Both the position numbers and the translations under genes were made by a program. From positions 1 through 44,765 of the IMG/VR virus record IMGVR_UViG_3300048610_000028: DNA of 44,765 bases; one strand, given 5' to 3'. The notes below the pieces were generated by a model, which was given only the letters and a program-made list of their open reading frames with translations, made no database searches and had not been told where the DNA came from. Numbering within the stretch: the first letter of the stretch is position 1; each line of letters opens with the position of its first letter. This document shows, piece after piece, positions 8,961 to 16,794 of the stretch. Origin of the DNA: a virus. Its lineage: Duplodnaviria > Caudoviricetes.

Positions 8961-9767
8961 ATGCGCATAGCAGTCACCGGGGGCGCCGGGTTCTTCGGCC
9001 GCGCCACCATCACCGCCGCCGAGACCGCGGGGCACGAGGTGTGGGCGTTCGACCGCGAGCTGGAGCACGACGTCCTCGGCTCCCTCGCAGCACTGGACGG
9101 GGCGGACGCGGTCATCCACCTCGCCGGCGTCCTCGGCACCAGCGAGCTGTTCGACATGCCGGAGACGGCGCTGGACGTGAACATCAAGGGCACGCTCAGG
9201 GTGTTGCAGTGGTGCCGCGACCATGGCGCCCGGTACGTCGGGGTGTCGATGCCGGACCCTTTCCCCAGCGTGTACACCGCCACCAAGGTCGCCGCGCGCA
9301 GGCTCACCACGGCGTGGCATCACGCCTACGGGCTGCCGGTGTCGACGGTCCGCGCGTTCAACGGCTACGGCCCGCATCAGCACCACGGGCCCGGGCACCC
9401 GCAGAAGATCGTGCCGACGTTCGCCCGCGCCGCGTGGGAAGGCCGGCCGCTGCCGATCTGGGGTGACGGCGAGCAGGCCATGGACCTGGTGCACGCGGAT
9501 GACGTCGGGCGGATGCTGGTGGAGGCCACGGGCCACGGCGACGACGTGACGTTTGACGCAGGCACCGGCGTGCCGGTCACGGTGAACGCCCTCGCCGCGT
9601 TTGTCCTCGACGTGACCGGCTCGACTGCGGGTGTCGAGCGCCTGCCGATGCGGCCCGGCGAGATACCCGTACAGATCACCGCCACCGGCGAGGGATGGGA
9701 GCGACTGACATGGAAACCGGAACTCGACTGGGACCGGATCGCGGAGACGATCCAGTGGTACCGGTGA
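8961..9767 (+). CDS. NAD-dependent sugar epimerase/dehydratase
   Basis: MRIAVTGGAGFFG, VIHLAG, YTATK (YxxxK), RAFNGYGP, IWGDGEQAMDLVHADDV. Confidence 0.88.
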   Translation: MRIAVTGGAGFFGRATITAAETAGHEVWAFDRELEHDVLGSLAALDGADAVIHLAGVLGTSELFDMPETALDVNIKGTLRVLQWCRDHGARYVGVSMPDPFPSVYTATKVAARRLTTAWHHAYGLPVSTVRAFNGYGPHQHHGPGHPQKIVPTFARAAWEGRPLPIWGDGEQAMDLVHADDVGRMLVEATGHGDDVTFDAGTGVPVTVNALAAFVLDVTGSTAGVERLPMRPGEIPVQITATGEGWERLTWKPELDWDRIAETIQWYR

Positions 9768-10423
9768 CCCCACGCGCCGCTGTCGCGATCGTCACGGCGA
9801 TCTTCGACGCCTACGACACGCTGAAGCCGACGCTCGCGCAGACGGGTGTGGAGGTGGACTGGGTGCTGGTCACCGACCAGGAGCCCGTCGACCCGCAGGG
9901 CTGGCGTGTCGTCGTCGAGCCGCGCCCCGAGCTGCCGCCGGTGCGTGCGGCGAAGGCGGCGAAGTGCGAGCCGTGGAAGTACACCGACGCGGCTGCCTCG
10001 ATCTGGGTGGACGCCTCGTTCCGCGTCACGTCCCCCGACTTCGCGGCCAGCGTGCTGGACTATGCGACCCCGATCGCCCAGTTCACCCACCCTTGGCGGA
10101 ACTGCCTGTATGCGGAGGCCGAAGAGATCGCCAAGCTCGGCAAGGACCCCGACGGGGCCGCCGCCTGGCAGACGCGCCGCTACCGCGAAGCCGGGCACCC
10201 GACCGGCTGGGGGCTGTGGGCGTCCGGCGTCATCGCCCGCAAGCACACGGCCGCGGTCAAGCGGATGGGCGCAGCGTGGGCGCGCGAGGTCGACAACGGG
10301 TCAGCGCGGGATCAGGTGTCGCAGCCGTACGTGCTGCGCGCCGCCAAGCTGAAGCCGCGCGCACTGCCGGGCACGCACCTGGCGAACGCGTGGCTCAAGT
10401 ACGAGGGAAGCGGACGGCACTGA
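9764..10423 (+). CDS. DUF616/TOD1-MUCI70-like glycosyltransferase
   Basis: VTAIFDAYDTLK, VLVTD, SIWVDAS, HPWRNCLYAEAE, SARDQVS. Confidence 0.75.
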   Translation: MTPRAAVAIVTAIFDAYDTLKPTLAQTGVEVDWVLVTDQEPVDPQGWRVVVEPRPELPPVRAAKAAKCEPWKYTDAAASIWVDASFRVTSPDFAASVLDYATPIAQFTHPWRNCLYAEAEEIAKLGKDPDGAAAWQTRRYREAGHPTGWGLWASGVIARKHTAAVKRMGAAWAREVDNGSARDQVSQPYVLRAAKLKPRALPGTHLANAWLKYEGSGRH

Positions 10424-10707
10424 TGAGCGAGCAGACACCGAGCGTGGGACGCATCGTCCACTACCGCTCGTACGGGACTCCGGGCGGCGAGTACACCTCG
10501 CAGTGCCGGGCCGCGATCATCACCGAAGTCCTTCCCCTTGAAGGCGACGACGCAGCACAGGCAGAGATCGAGCAGTGGGACGAAAGCCAGCGCTGCCGTG
10601 TCAGTCTCGCGGTACTCAACCCGACCGGAATGTTCTTCAACACCGGCCTGTTCCAGGACGAGGCCCACAAGCAGGGCGGCACGTGGCACTGGCCGGAGCG
10701 TGTGTGA
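10423..10707 (+). CDS. small phage protein (PSVGRIVHY family)
   Basis: TGATG coupling; PSVGRIVHY...RAAIITEV...GTWHWPERV is a widespread phage small-protein pattern. Confidence 0.75.
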   Translation: MSEQTPSVGRIVHYRSYGTPGGEYTSQCRAAIITEVLPLEGDDAAQAEIEQWDESQRCRVSLAVLNPTGMFFNTGLFQDEAHKQGGTWHWPERV

Positions 10708-11147
10708 TGCCCAGCATCGAGATCGGCGGCGGCAGGCTCGTCCAGGCCGGATGGATCAACCTCGACCCGCAGCACGGTGAAGGCCCATGGCGGCGCGTAG
10801 CCCAAGGCGAACCGTGGCCGACCGGCGACCACACCATCGACGGGCTACGCGCCTCCCACGTCATGGAGCACATCCCCGCCGGAGCCGAACGCATCACCGT
10901 CATGAACGAAGCCCACCGCGTCCTGAAGCCCGGCGGCGTGTTCGAGATCCGCGTACCCAACGCCCTCTCCGGAACGTGGCACGCGTACGCCGACCCCACA
11001 CACGTCAGCTTCTGGTGCATCGAGTCGTTCCACTACCTCGACGGCACCAAAGCCGCCCACGCCGACTACGGACTCCGCCCGTGGAAGACGCTAGAGCTCC
11101 GCATCCAGGGCGATAATGAGGTCTTGTGGAAGGGGACGCCGCGATGA
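10707..11147 (+). CDS. class I SAM-dependent methyltransferase
   Basis: IEIGGG...GWINLD, ASHVMEHI, EAHRVLKPGGVFEIRVP, ADPTH. Confidence 0.88.
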   Translation: MPSIEIGGGRLVQAGWINLDPQHGEGPWRRVAQGEPWPTGDHTIDGLRASHVMEHIPAGAERITVMNEAHRVLKPGGVFEIRVPNALSGTWHAYADPTHVSFWCIESFHYLDGTKAAHADYGLRPWKTLELRIQGDNEVLWKGTPR

Positions 11148-11257
11148 CTCTAGAAAAGTGCAGCTGCGAAGACGAGGCCGACATCACGCGGATGTGTGAT
11201 CAGGGGCGCGTCTATCTGTGTGTTCGGTGCGATGCGGTCAGGGCGGAAGCACGGTGA
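11144..11257 (+). CDS. small Cys-rich protein (37 aa)
   Basis: ATGA and GTGA couplings on both sides; CSC...C...CVRC. Not in the ORF track. Confidence 0.45.
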   Translation: MTLEKCSCEDEADITRMCDQGRVYLCVRCDAVRAEAR

Positions 11258-11631
11258 GCGCCATCAAATTGGATGTCGTCGTCCGCAACGCCCTGGTCTC
11301 AGCGATGCCCGAGGCGCTTGGCGGCAAGCTGAGCGGGCCTCTCCAGGAAGAGCACTACGCGGCGCTCACTAGCGCGGTCGTCACTGCTATATACGACAAC
11401 GGGACTGCCCGTATTCGTGATCTGGAGGCGCAGAACGCGGAGCTACGGCGCCACCGCGTCAAGCTCATCGAAGTCGGGGCACAGATAGCGCGCGAGCTTG
11501 AGGCACGTGGCGCTCGGGGAGAAGACAGCGCAGACTGGTCGCCGCCATGCCAGTCACCGGCGTGTGGTCTGAGCCTGTCGGCCTGCGTCTGCGGCAGCCC
11601 ATTCGGCGATGGCGAGGGCACGCCACGGTGA
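11254..11631 (+). CDS. hypothetical protein
   Basis: GTGA coupling; coiled coil plus Cys-rich tail. Confidence 0.55.
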   Translation: MSAIKLDVVVRNALVSAMPEALGGKLSGPLQEEHYAALTSAVVTAIYDNGTARIRDLEAQNAELRRHRVKLIEVGAQIARELEARGARGEDSADWSPPCQSPACGLSLSACVCGSPFGDGEGTPR

Positions 11632-11858
11632 GCGCACGCGACGACCTGTTCCGGGACATCTGGGACCAGCGGACAACCGCAGAGAAGAACGCCCTCATCA
11701 ACGCCCACCGCGACGAGGTAGCGCTAGAGATCGGACGCGACGCACTACGAGACGGCCTGGTGCCAACCCTGAACCGTCTCGTCGGCGAGACGAACGCCCG
11801 AAAGCTGCTGGCCGACTTCCTCGACCAGGTCGACCCGACGAAGGACACGCAGCGGTGA
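11628..11858 (+). CDS. hypothetical protein
   Basis: GTGA couplings on both sides. Confidence 0.6.
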   Translation: MSARDDLFRDIWDQRTTAEKNALINAHRDEVALEIGRDALRDGLVPTLNRLVGETNARKLLADFLDQVDPTKDTQR

Positions 11859-12223
11859 GTGAGAAGCCTTGCCCGTTCTGCGAGATCGTCGCCGGACGTG
11901 AGTTCGGTGAGATCGTCCACGAGTGGCATGACACATTCGCGATACACCCGCTCAACCCCGTGACACCGGGACACGTCCTAGTGATCCCAAAGGTGCATGT
12001 CCCGGACTTCACCACCGCGCCCGAGGTCTCTGGCCGGGCCATGGCCTGCGCCGCAGAGCTGGCACCTCTGGTCTTCCCTGGACACGACGACTGGAACCTG
12101 ATCACCAGCAAGGGCCGTGCCGCCACACAGTCCGTCTTCCACCTGCACCTGCACCTCGTGCCCCGATCCGAAGGCGACGGCTTGGCTCTCCCTTGGCACA
12201 GCGGGAAGGGCGGGAAGCGGTGA
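11855..12223 (+). CDS. HIT-family nucleotide hydrolase (copy 2)
   Basis: CPFCEIVAG, PLNPVTPGHVLVIPKVH, QSVFHLHLHLVPR. Confidence 0.92.
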   Translation: MSEKPCPFCEIVAGREFGEIVHEWHDTFAIHPLNPVTPGHVLVIPKVHVPDFTTAPEVSGRAMACAAELAPLVFPGHDDWNLITSKGRAATQSVFHLHLHLVPRSEGDGLALPWHSGKGGKR

Positions 12224-12786
12224 GCGGGCCGGTGGTGACGGTCGTTGTGCCGTACCACCCGGCCCGCGTGAAGAACGGCATGCTCGCCCGGGCCGTCGCC
12301 TCCATCCGCGCGCAGACCATCCCGCACGAGCTCATCACCGTCGAAGACACCCGCCGTGAGGGCGCAGCCGCCACCCGGCAACGCGGCCTCGACCAAGTCA
12401 CCACCGAATGGGTCGCGTTCCTCGACTCTGACGACGAGATGGACCCGACCCACCTGGAGCAGCTGCTCGCCTGCGCCGACCAGACCGGAGCTGACTACGT
12501 GTACCCGTGGTTCCGCGTCGTCGGCGGCAAGGACCCGTTCCCGATGTTCTTCGGCAAGCCATGGGACGACGACCATCCGCACTCCACCACCATCACGATC
12601 CTCGTGCGGACCGGGCTCGCGAAGTTGGTCGGCTTCGACGGCGCCGGGGAAGACTTCCGGTTCACGAAGGGCTGCGTCCGCGAAGGCGCACAGATCGTCC
12701 ACCACCCGGCTCGTACGTGGACGTGGGTTCACCATGGTCGCAACAGCAGCGGCCGACCCGACCGAGGCGACGCCCGCACCCGCTGA
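12220..12786 (+). CDS. GT2-family glycosyltransferase
   Basis: VTVVVPY, AVASIRAQT, GAAATRQRGL, WVAFLDSDDE (DxD), GFD...EDF. Confidence 0.88.
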   Translation: MSGPVVTVVVPYHPARVKNGMLARAVASIRAQTIPHELITVEDTRREGAAATRQRGLDQVTTEWVAFLDSDDEMDPTHLEQLLACADQTGADYVYPWFRVVGGKDPFPMFFGKPWDDDHPHSTTITILVRTGLAKLVGFDGAGEDFRFTKGCVREGAQIVHHPARTWTWVHHGRNSSGRPDRGDARTR

Positions 12787-12855
12787 ACCAGTGCGCATTC
12801 ACCGGCTCGGTCAACTATTCTGAAACGTTCTGCCAGCCACAGCAGGAGACCACCC

Positions 12856-13488
12856 ATGGCAAGCGAGCAGCACCTTCAGAAGATCGATTTCATGATCCAT
12901 GCGAACGTGACAGCCGTCATCCCGACAATCCCCACAGAACACCGACAGACGACCCTAGAACGCGCCCTGAACAGCGTGCGCGACCAGGACCACCCAGTGG
13001 CCAGCAACATCATCGTCGCCACAGACACCACCCACGCCGGATCAGCAGCCACCCGCAACCGCGGCCTCGCCGAGGTCAAGACCGAGTGGACAGCGTTCCT
13101 TGACGACGATGACGAATGGCTCCCGCACCACACGCGCGTCCTCCTGGAAGCGGCGTACGACTCCGGCGCCGATGTGGTCTACCCCTGGTTCCGTGTCGTC
13201 TCACCCCGCGCGTTCGATCCGTTTCCCGGAGTCTTCCGGCGCCCTTTCAAGGCCGAGCTGCTGCGGGAGCAGAACTACATCCCCACCACCGTGTTGGCCC
13301 GTACCGAGCTGGTGCGCGACGTCGGCGGCTTCGAACCGTATGGGGACCAGCAAGAGAGCGCCTGCGACGACTGGGGCCTGTGGCTGAAGCTCCTCGACGC
13401 CGGGGCCAACTTCCATCACGTGCCGATCGTGTCGTGGCTGTGGCACTGGCACGGAAAGCACACCTCAGGACTCGGAGACCGCTGGTGA
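12856..13488 (+). CDS. GT2-family glycosyltransferase (paralog of the preceding gene)
   Basis: VIPTIP, ALNSVRDQ, SAATRNRGL, WTAFLDDDDEW, VGGF...DDWGLWLKL. Confidence 0.9.
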   Translation: MASEQHLQKIDFMIHANVTAVIPTIPTEHRQTTLERALNSVRDQDHPVASNIIVATDTTHAGSAATRNRGLAEVKTEWTAFLDDDDEWLPHHTRVLLEAAYDSGADVVYPWFRVVSPRAFDPFPGVFRRPFKAELLREQNYIPTTVLARTELVRDVGGFEPYGDQQESACDDWGLWLKLLDAGANFHHVPIVSWLWHWHGKHTSGLGDRW

Positions 13489-13808
13489 CCACACCACACT
13501 CCTACTGGGCATACAGCCAGGAAGAGATCTGCAAAGGGGAACCAGAGCGCGAAAGCTGCTCCGACTGCGGGGCGGACTGGTATCCGATCTTCTCCATCAC
13601 GGAACCGAACACATGGAAGCGCCGCCACCGCGCCGGCTGCGCGAAGAAACCCATGATCGCCCTCGCTCAGTACGCGGCCAGTCTGCCCAGCACCGAGGAC
13701 GCGCTTCCGGACGAGGAGCTGGAAGGCTACGTCCTGGGCGTGCGCGACGCGTTGAAGATCCTGCGCGGCGATCAGCCCCACAAGATGGGCCGCGACGACC
13801 TGACCTGA
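13485..13808 (+). CDS. hypothetical protein (CxxC)
   Basis: GTGA coupling; CSDCG...HRAGC. Confidence 0.55.
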   Translation: MTTPHSYWAYSQEEICKGEPERESCSDCGADWYPIFSITEPNTWKRRHRAGCAKKPMIALAQYAASLPSTEDALPDEELEGYVLGVRDALKILRGDQPHKMGRDDLT

Positions 13809-13853
13809 GGCACACCGGAACCCCGACCCCGCCCCGGCGGTGACAATCCGGCC

Positions 13854-15275
13854 ATGACCTTGGATGATCGGGCACAGATCGCGCAGCGCGCCGCCACCGC
13901 GCTCGCCACCCGACTCCAAACACCCCGCTGGAAACCACTACCCCACCAAATACCGCCAGGAGGTGATTGGTACGGCTGGCTTCTGCTAGCCGGCCGATTA
14001 CGCGGAGCCGGGAAGACCGACGCCTGCGCCGAGTACATCGCCCGGCACGTCGCCGGACCACCCTGCCTACCGGGACCCGTGCCGCACTGGATCGGGATCA
14101 TTGCCCCCACCCAGGGCGACGCTGTCACCGCCTGCGTCTCCGGGCCGTCCGGCATCAAAGCCCACGACCCGAGCGCGTCCGGCCCAATCACCACGGCAGG
14201 CGGCACAGTGGTGCGGTGGCCGAACGGATCACAGGCAAAGCTCTACGGGGCGAATAGTCCAGAAGATATTGAAAGGCTGCGGGCTGGGGGAAATACGTGC
14301 TGCGCCTGGTTGGAGGAGTTTGCGGCGTGGCGCCATATGCAGCAGTCCTTCGACCAACTCCGCTTCGGGCTCCGCTCTGGCCCGCGCCCGCACTGGGTCG
14401 CCTCCACCACACCGAAGCCCAAGCCGCTACTGAAGCGGCTCATGCAGGGCGGGATCGCGAACGTCGCCACCACGACGGCGACGATGTACGACAACCCGCA
14501 CCTGCCCCTGCACATCCGGGAGATGCTGGAGGACGCGTACGCGGGTACCGACCTCGGCGAGCAGGAGCTGTACGGCCGGATCCTCGACGAGATCAAGAAC
14601 GCCCTGTGGCGACGCGCCACGATCGCCGCAGGCCGGATGCATGCCGAGGACCTGCCGGACATCATCCGCACCACGGTCGGCGTCGACCCATCAGGCGGGG
14701 CCGGGGAGCAGGGCATCGTCGTCACTGCGAAGTCTGGGCTGCTGCTTCCCGGGATTCTTCCCGGCCCCCGCGAGGACTCGGACGGGTCAGCCCCCACGCG
14801 GCAACCGCGTCCGCAGCACCACGGCTTCGTCCTCGACGACCGCACCTGCCAGCTACCACCGGAGGGCTGGGGGCAGCGCGCGGTGCAGGCCGCGATCGAC
14901 TGGGAGGCCGATGATCTGTGCGTAGAAGTCAACTACGGCGGGGACCAAGCGATCGCCGTAATCCATACGGCGCTGGAGAAGGCCGGCGTTGACATCCCGG
15001 TGAGGAAGGTCCGGGCCACCCACGGCAAGGCGGTGCGGGCGCAGCCAGTTGCAGCGCTCAGCGCACAGGGGCGGATGCATCACGCTGGGACGTTCCCAGA
15101 GCTGGAGGATCAGTTGGCGACCTGGTACCCGGAGTTGGGCTGGTCACCGGATCGTCTCGACGCTGCCGTATGGGGGCCATGGCACATGAAGCTGGTGGGA
15201 ACGGTGTCGCGCGGTCAGGGCTCGTTGGGTGGTGATCTGGCCAGAAAGCAGATCGCCGGGGGCCGCATACGCTGA
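13854..15275 (+). CDS. terminase large subunit
   Basis: WLLLAGR(LR)GAGKT Walker A, AWLEEFAAW Walker B, STTPKP coupling motif, VGVDPS nuclease, EVNYGGD, SPDRLDA. Confidence 0.95.
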   Translation: MTLDDRAQIAQRAATALATRLQTPRWKPLPHQIPPGGDWYGWLLLAGRLRGAGKTDACAEYIARHVAGPPCLPGPVPHWIGIIAPTQGDAVTACVSGPSGIKAHDPSASGPITTAGGTVVRWPNGSQAKLYGANSPEDIERLRAGGNTCCAWLEEFAAWRHMQQSFDQLRFGLRSGPRPHWVASTTPKPKPLLKRLMQGGIANVATTTATMYDNPHLPLHIREMLEDAYAGTDLGEQELYGRILDEIKNALWRRATIAAGRMHAEDLPDIIRTTVGVDPSGGAGEQGIVVTAKSGLLLPGILPGPREDSDGSAPTRQPRPQHHGFVLDDRTCQLPPEGWGQRAVQAAIDWEADDLCVEVNYGGDQAIAVIHTALEKAGVDIPVRKVRATHGKAVRAQPVAALSAQGRMHHAGTFPELEDQLATWYPELGWSPDRLDAAVWGPWHMKLVGTVSRGQGSLGGDLARKQIAGGRIR

Positions 15276-15279
15276 CGGC

Positions 15280-15528
15280 ATGAGCATCTGGAGAACGGTC
15301 GGCGTGGACGGCCGGGATGTCGTGGGCGTCCCGGAGGACGGGGCTGCGGCTTTCTACGAGGGGCACGGGGATGCGTCGGCGGTCGTGGATGTGGCCGTGA
15401 CGAGCTTTCACGACAGGGTCCGGCTCGGCATCGAGTTCGATGGTTCGACGAAGGATGTCCTGCTTGATCGGGAGAACGTGGCGCTGCTCCGCGACCGGCT
15501 GACTGCGGTACTGGAGGGTGAGTCGTGA
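15280..15528 (+). CDS. hypothetical protein
   Basis: ATG 4 nt after the terL stop; GTGA coupling to the next gene. Confidence 0.6.
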   Translation: MSIWRTVGVDGRDVVGVPEDGAAAFYEGHGDASAVVDVAVTSFHDRVRLGIEFDGSTKDVLLDRENVALLRDRLTAVLEGES

Positions 15529-15932
15529 GCGTCTGGCTGCTGCTGATCGTGATGTCGCTCGCGACGTACAGGGGTACGCGCTTGATCGTCGAGGACACGT
15601 TTCCGCCTGTGCTGTGGGCTCGGGACCGGCTCGCCGGAGGCTGGCGGCCGCTCACAGACAAGGAGTGGGTGCAGGTCCGTTCCGCAGGTCTCGCGTACAT
15701 GCCGTGGAAGACGCAGGCCGTCGACGGGGTGGAGAACCGTTGGGTGGAGCGGAAGAAGTGGTCTCCGAACTGGCTGGCTGAGTTGGTGTCGTGCCCTTGG
15801 TGCGCCTCGGGTTGGGTGGCGCTGGTGGTGACGGCGGGGACGTGGGCGACGGTGGGGCTGCCGGTGCCGTTGCTGGTGTGGGCTGCGGTGTGGGCGGTCG
15901 GGGCGCTGCTCGCCGGGCAGGAGTGGGCGTAG
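15525..15932 (+). CDS. DUF1360-like membrane protein
   Basis: LATYRGTRLIVEDTFPP...LAELVSCPWCASGWVA plus hydrophobic helices; usually found between terminase and portal. Confidence 0.8.
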   Translation: MSVWLLLIVMSLATYRGTRLIVEDTFPPVLWARDRLAGGWRPLTDKEWVQVRSAGLAYMPWKTQAVDGVENRWVERKKWSPNWLAELVSCPWCASGWVALVVTAGTWATVGLPVPLLVWAAVWAVGALLAGQEWA

Positions 15933-15995
15933 CTGCGGCTGTGTCATGGTGTGGGTGAGGGCCGTGTCCCCCGGGGTCCTTGTGTTGGAGGGCGG

Positions 15996-16027
15996 GAGCC
16001 GCCTGCGTTGCGGAACGCGGGCGGCTC
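15996..16027. terminator. hairpin between convergent genes (probable bidirectional terminator)
   Basis: GAGCCGCCTGCGTT-GCGG-AACGCGGGCGGCTC, a 14-bp stem with one G-U pair. Confidence 0.6.
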
Positions 16028-16039
16028 TTCCACGTCCGG

Positions 16040-16777
16040 CTACGCCGCCGTTTCCCAGCGGGTGACCTCGTAGCGGCCGAAGCCCTGCGACCGTGACGCC
16101 CCGATGCCCTGCTGCTCCCCGGTGAGCCAGAGCATGCGCCAATCCTGGTCGGTGAACTTGTGGTCCGAGATGATCGTGCAGTCGAAGGATGCTTCTTCAA
16201 GGATCTCGGTGTACTGGATTCCGGTCTGTCCAGTGCGGGGGTTCTTGGGGAAGGACTGGAGGACGCGGGACGCTTCGGTGACGGGCACGTTGGAGTCCGG
16301 GTGGTGGAGCTGGAGTACGTCTTCGATGACCATGATGTGTTCGGCGACGAAGCCGAGGACGCCCTTGTTGGTGGCTCCCCACTTGGGCTTGAGCTTTTCG
16401 GCGGCGCGGGCGACTCCGGCGGCTTCCTTGATGGCGGCCTTGAGTTGGCGGCCTTCGATGTAGAGGCCGTGCTCGCCGTCCTTGCAGAGAAGGCCCGAGG
16501 GCGGGCAGTTGGGGCAGCGTAGGCGCTTGAAACCGTTGAGGTGCTTGAGCTTGTCGACCTCGGCAACGGCGTCCTCGGCGGTGATGCCACGTTCGACCAT
16601 GGTCTGTGCCACGAGGTCTTGGATCAGGTCTTCCTTGTCGGCGAGTTTGGTGCGGAGCCAGCCTTCGGCTACGTGGGGGTCTGTGGGGACGCCTCCGGCG
16701 AGGTTGCGGACGGTGATGGTGGTTGCGTAGCGGTGGGGCCATGCGGTGTCGGTGTAGGCGGCGAAGACGCTGGTCAT
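16040..16777 (-). CDS. solo Cas7/Csm3-like RAMP protein (245 aa)
   Basis: GAAAGGA SD before ATG 16777. GLYIEGRQLKAAIKEAA resembles the Csm3 PYIPGSSLKG motif; QYTEILEEASFDCTI strand; C-terminal Gly loop GIGASRSQGFGRYEV. No other cas genes in the window. Confidence 0.8.
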   Translation of the reverse strand: MTSVFAAYTDTAWPHRYATTITVRNLAGGVPTDPHVAEGWLRTKLADKEDLIQDLVAQTMVERGITAEDAVAEVDKLKHLNGFKRLRCPNCPPSGLLCKDGEHGLYIEGRQLKAAIKEAAGVARAAEKLKPKWGATNKGVLGFVAEHIMVIEDVLQLHHPDSNVPVTEASRVLQSFPKNPRTGQTGIQYTEILEEASFDCTIISDHKFTDQDWRMLWLTGEQQGIGASRSQGFGRYEVTRWETAA

Positions 16778-16794
16778 GGTGGGGTCCTTTCGTT

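Noticed and set aside
13854-15275. Terminase pseudogene or intein because of the abnormal Walker A
   Set aside because: The frame is intact, the length is normal, and the insertion is only two codons with no intein motifs.
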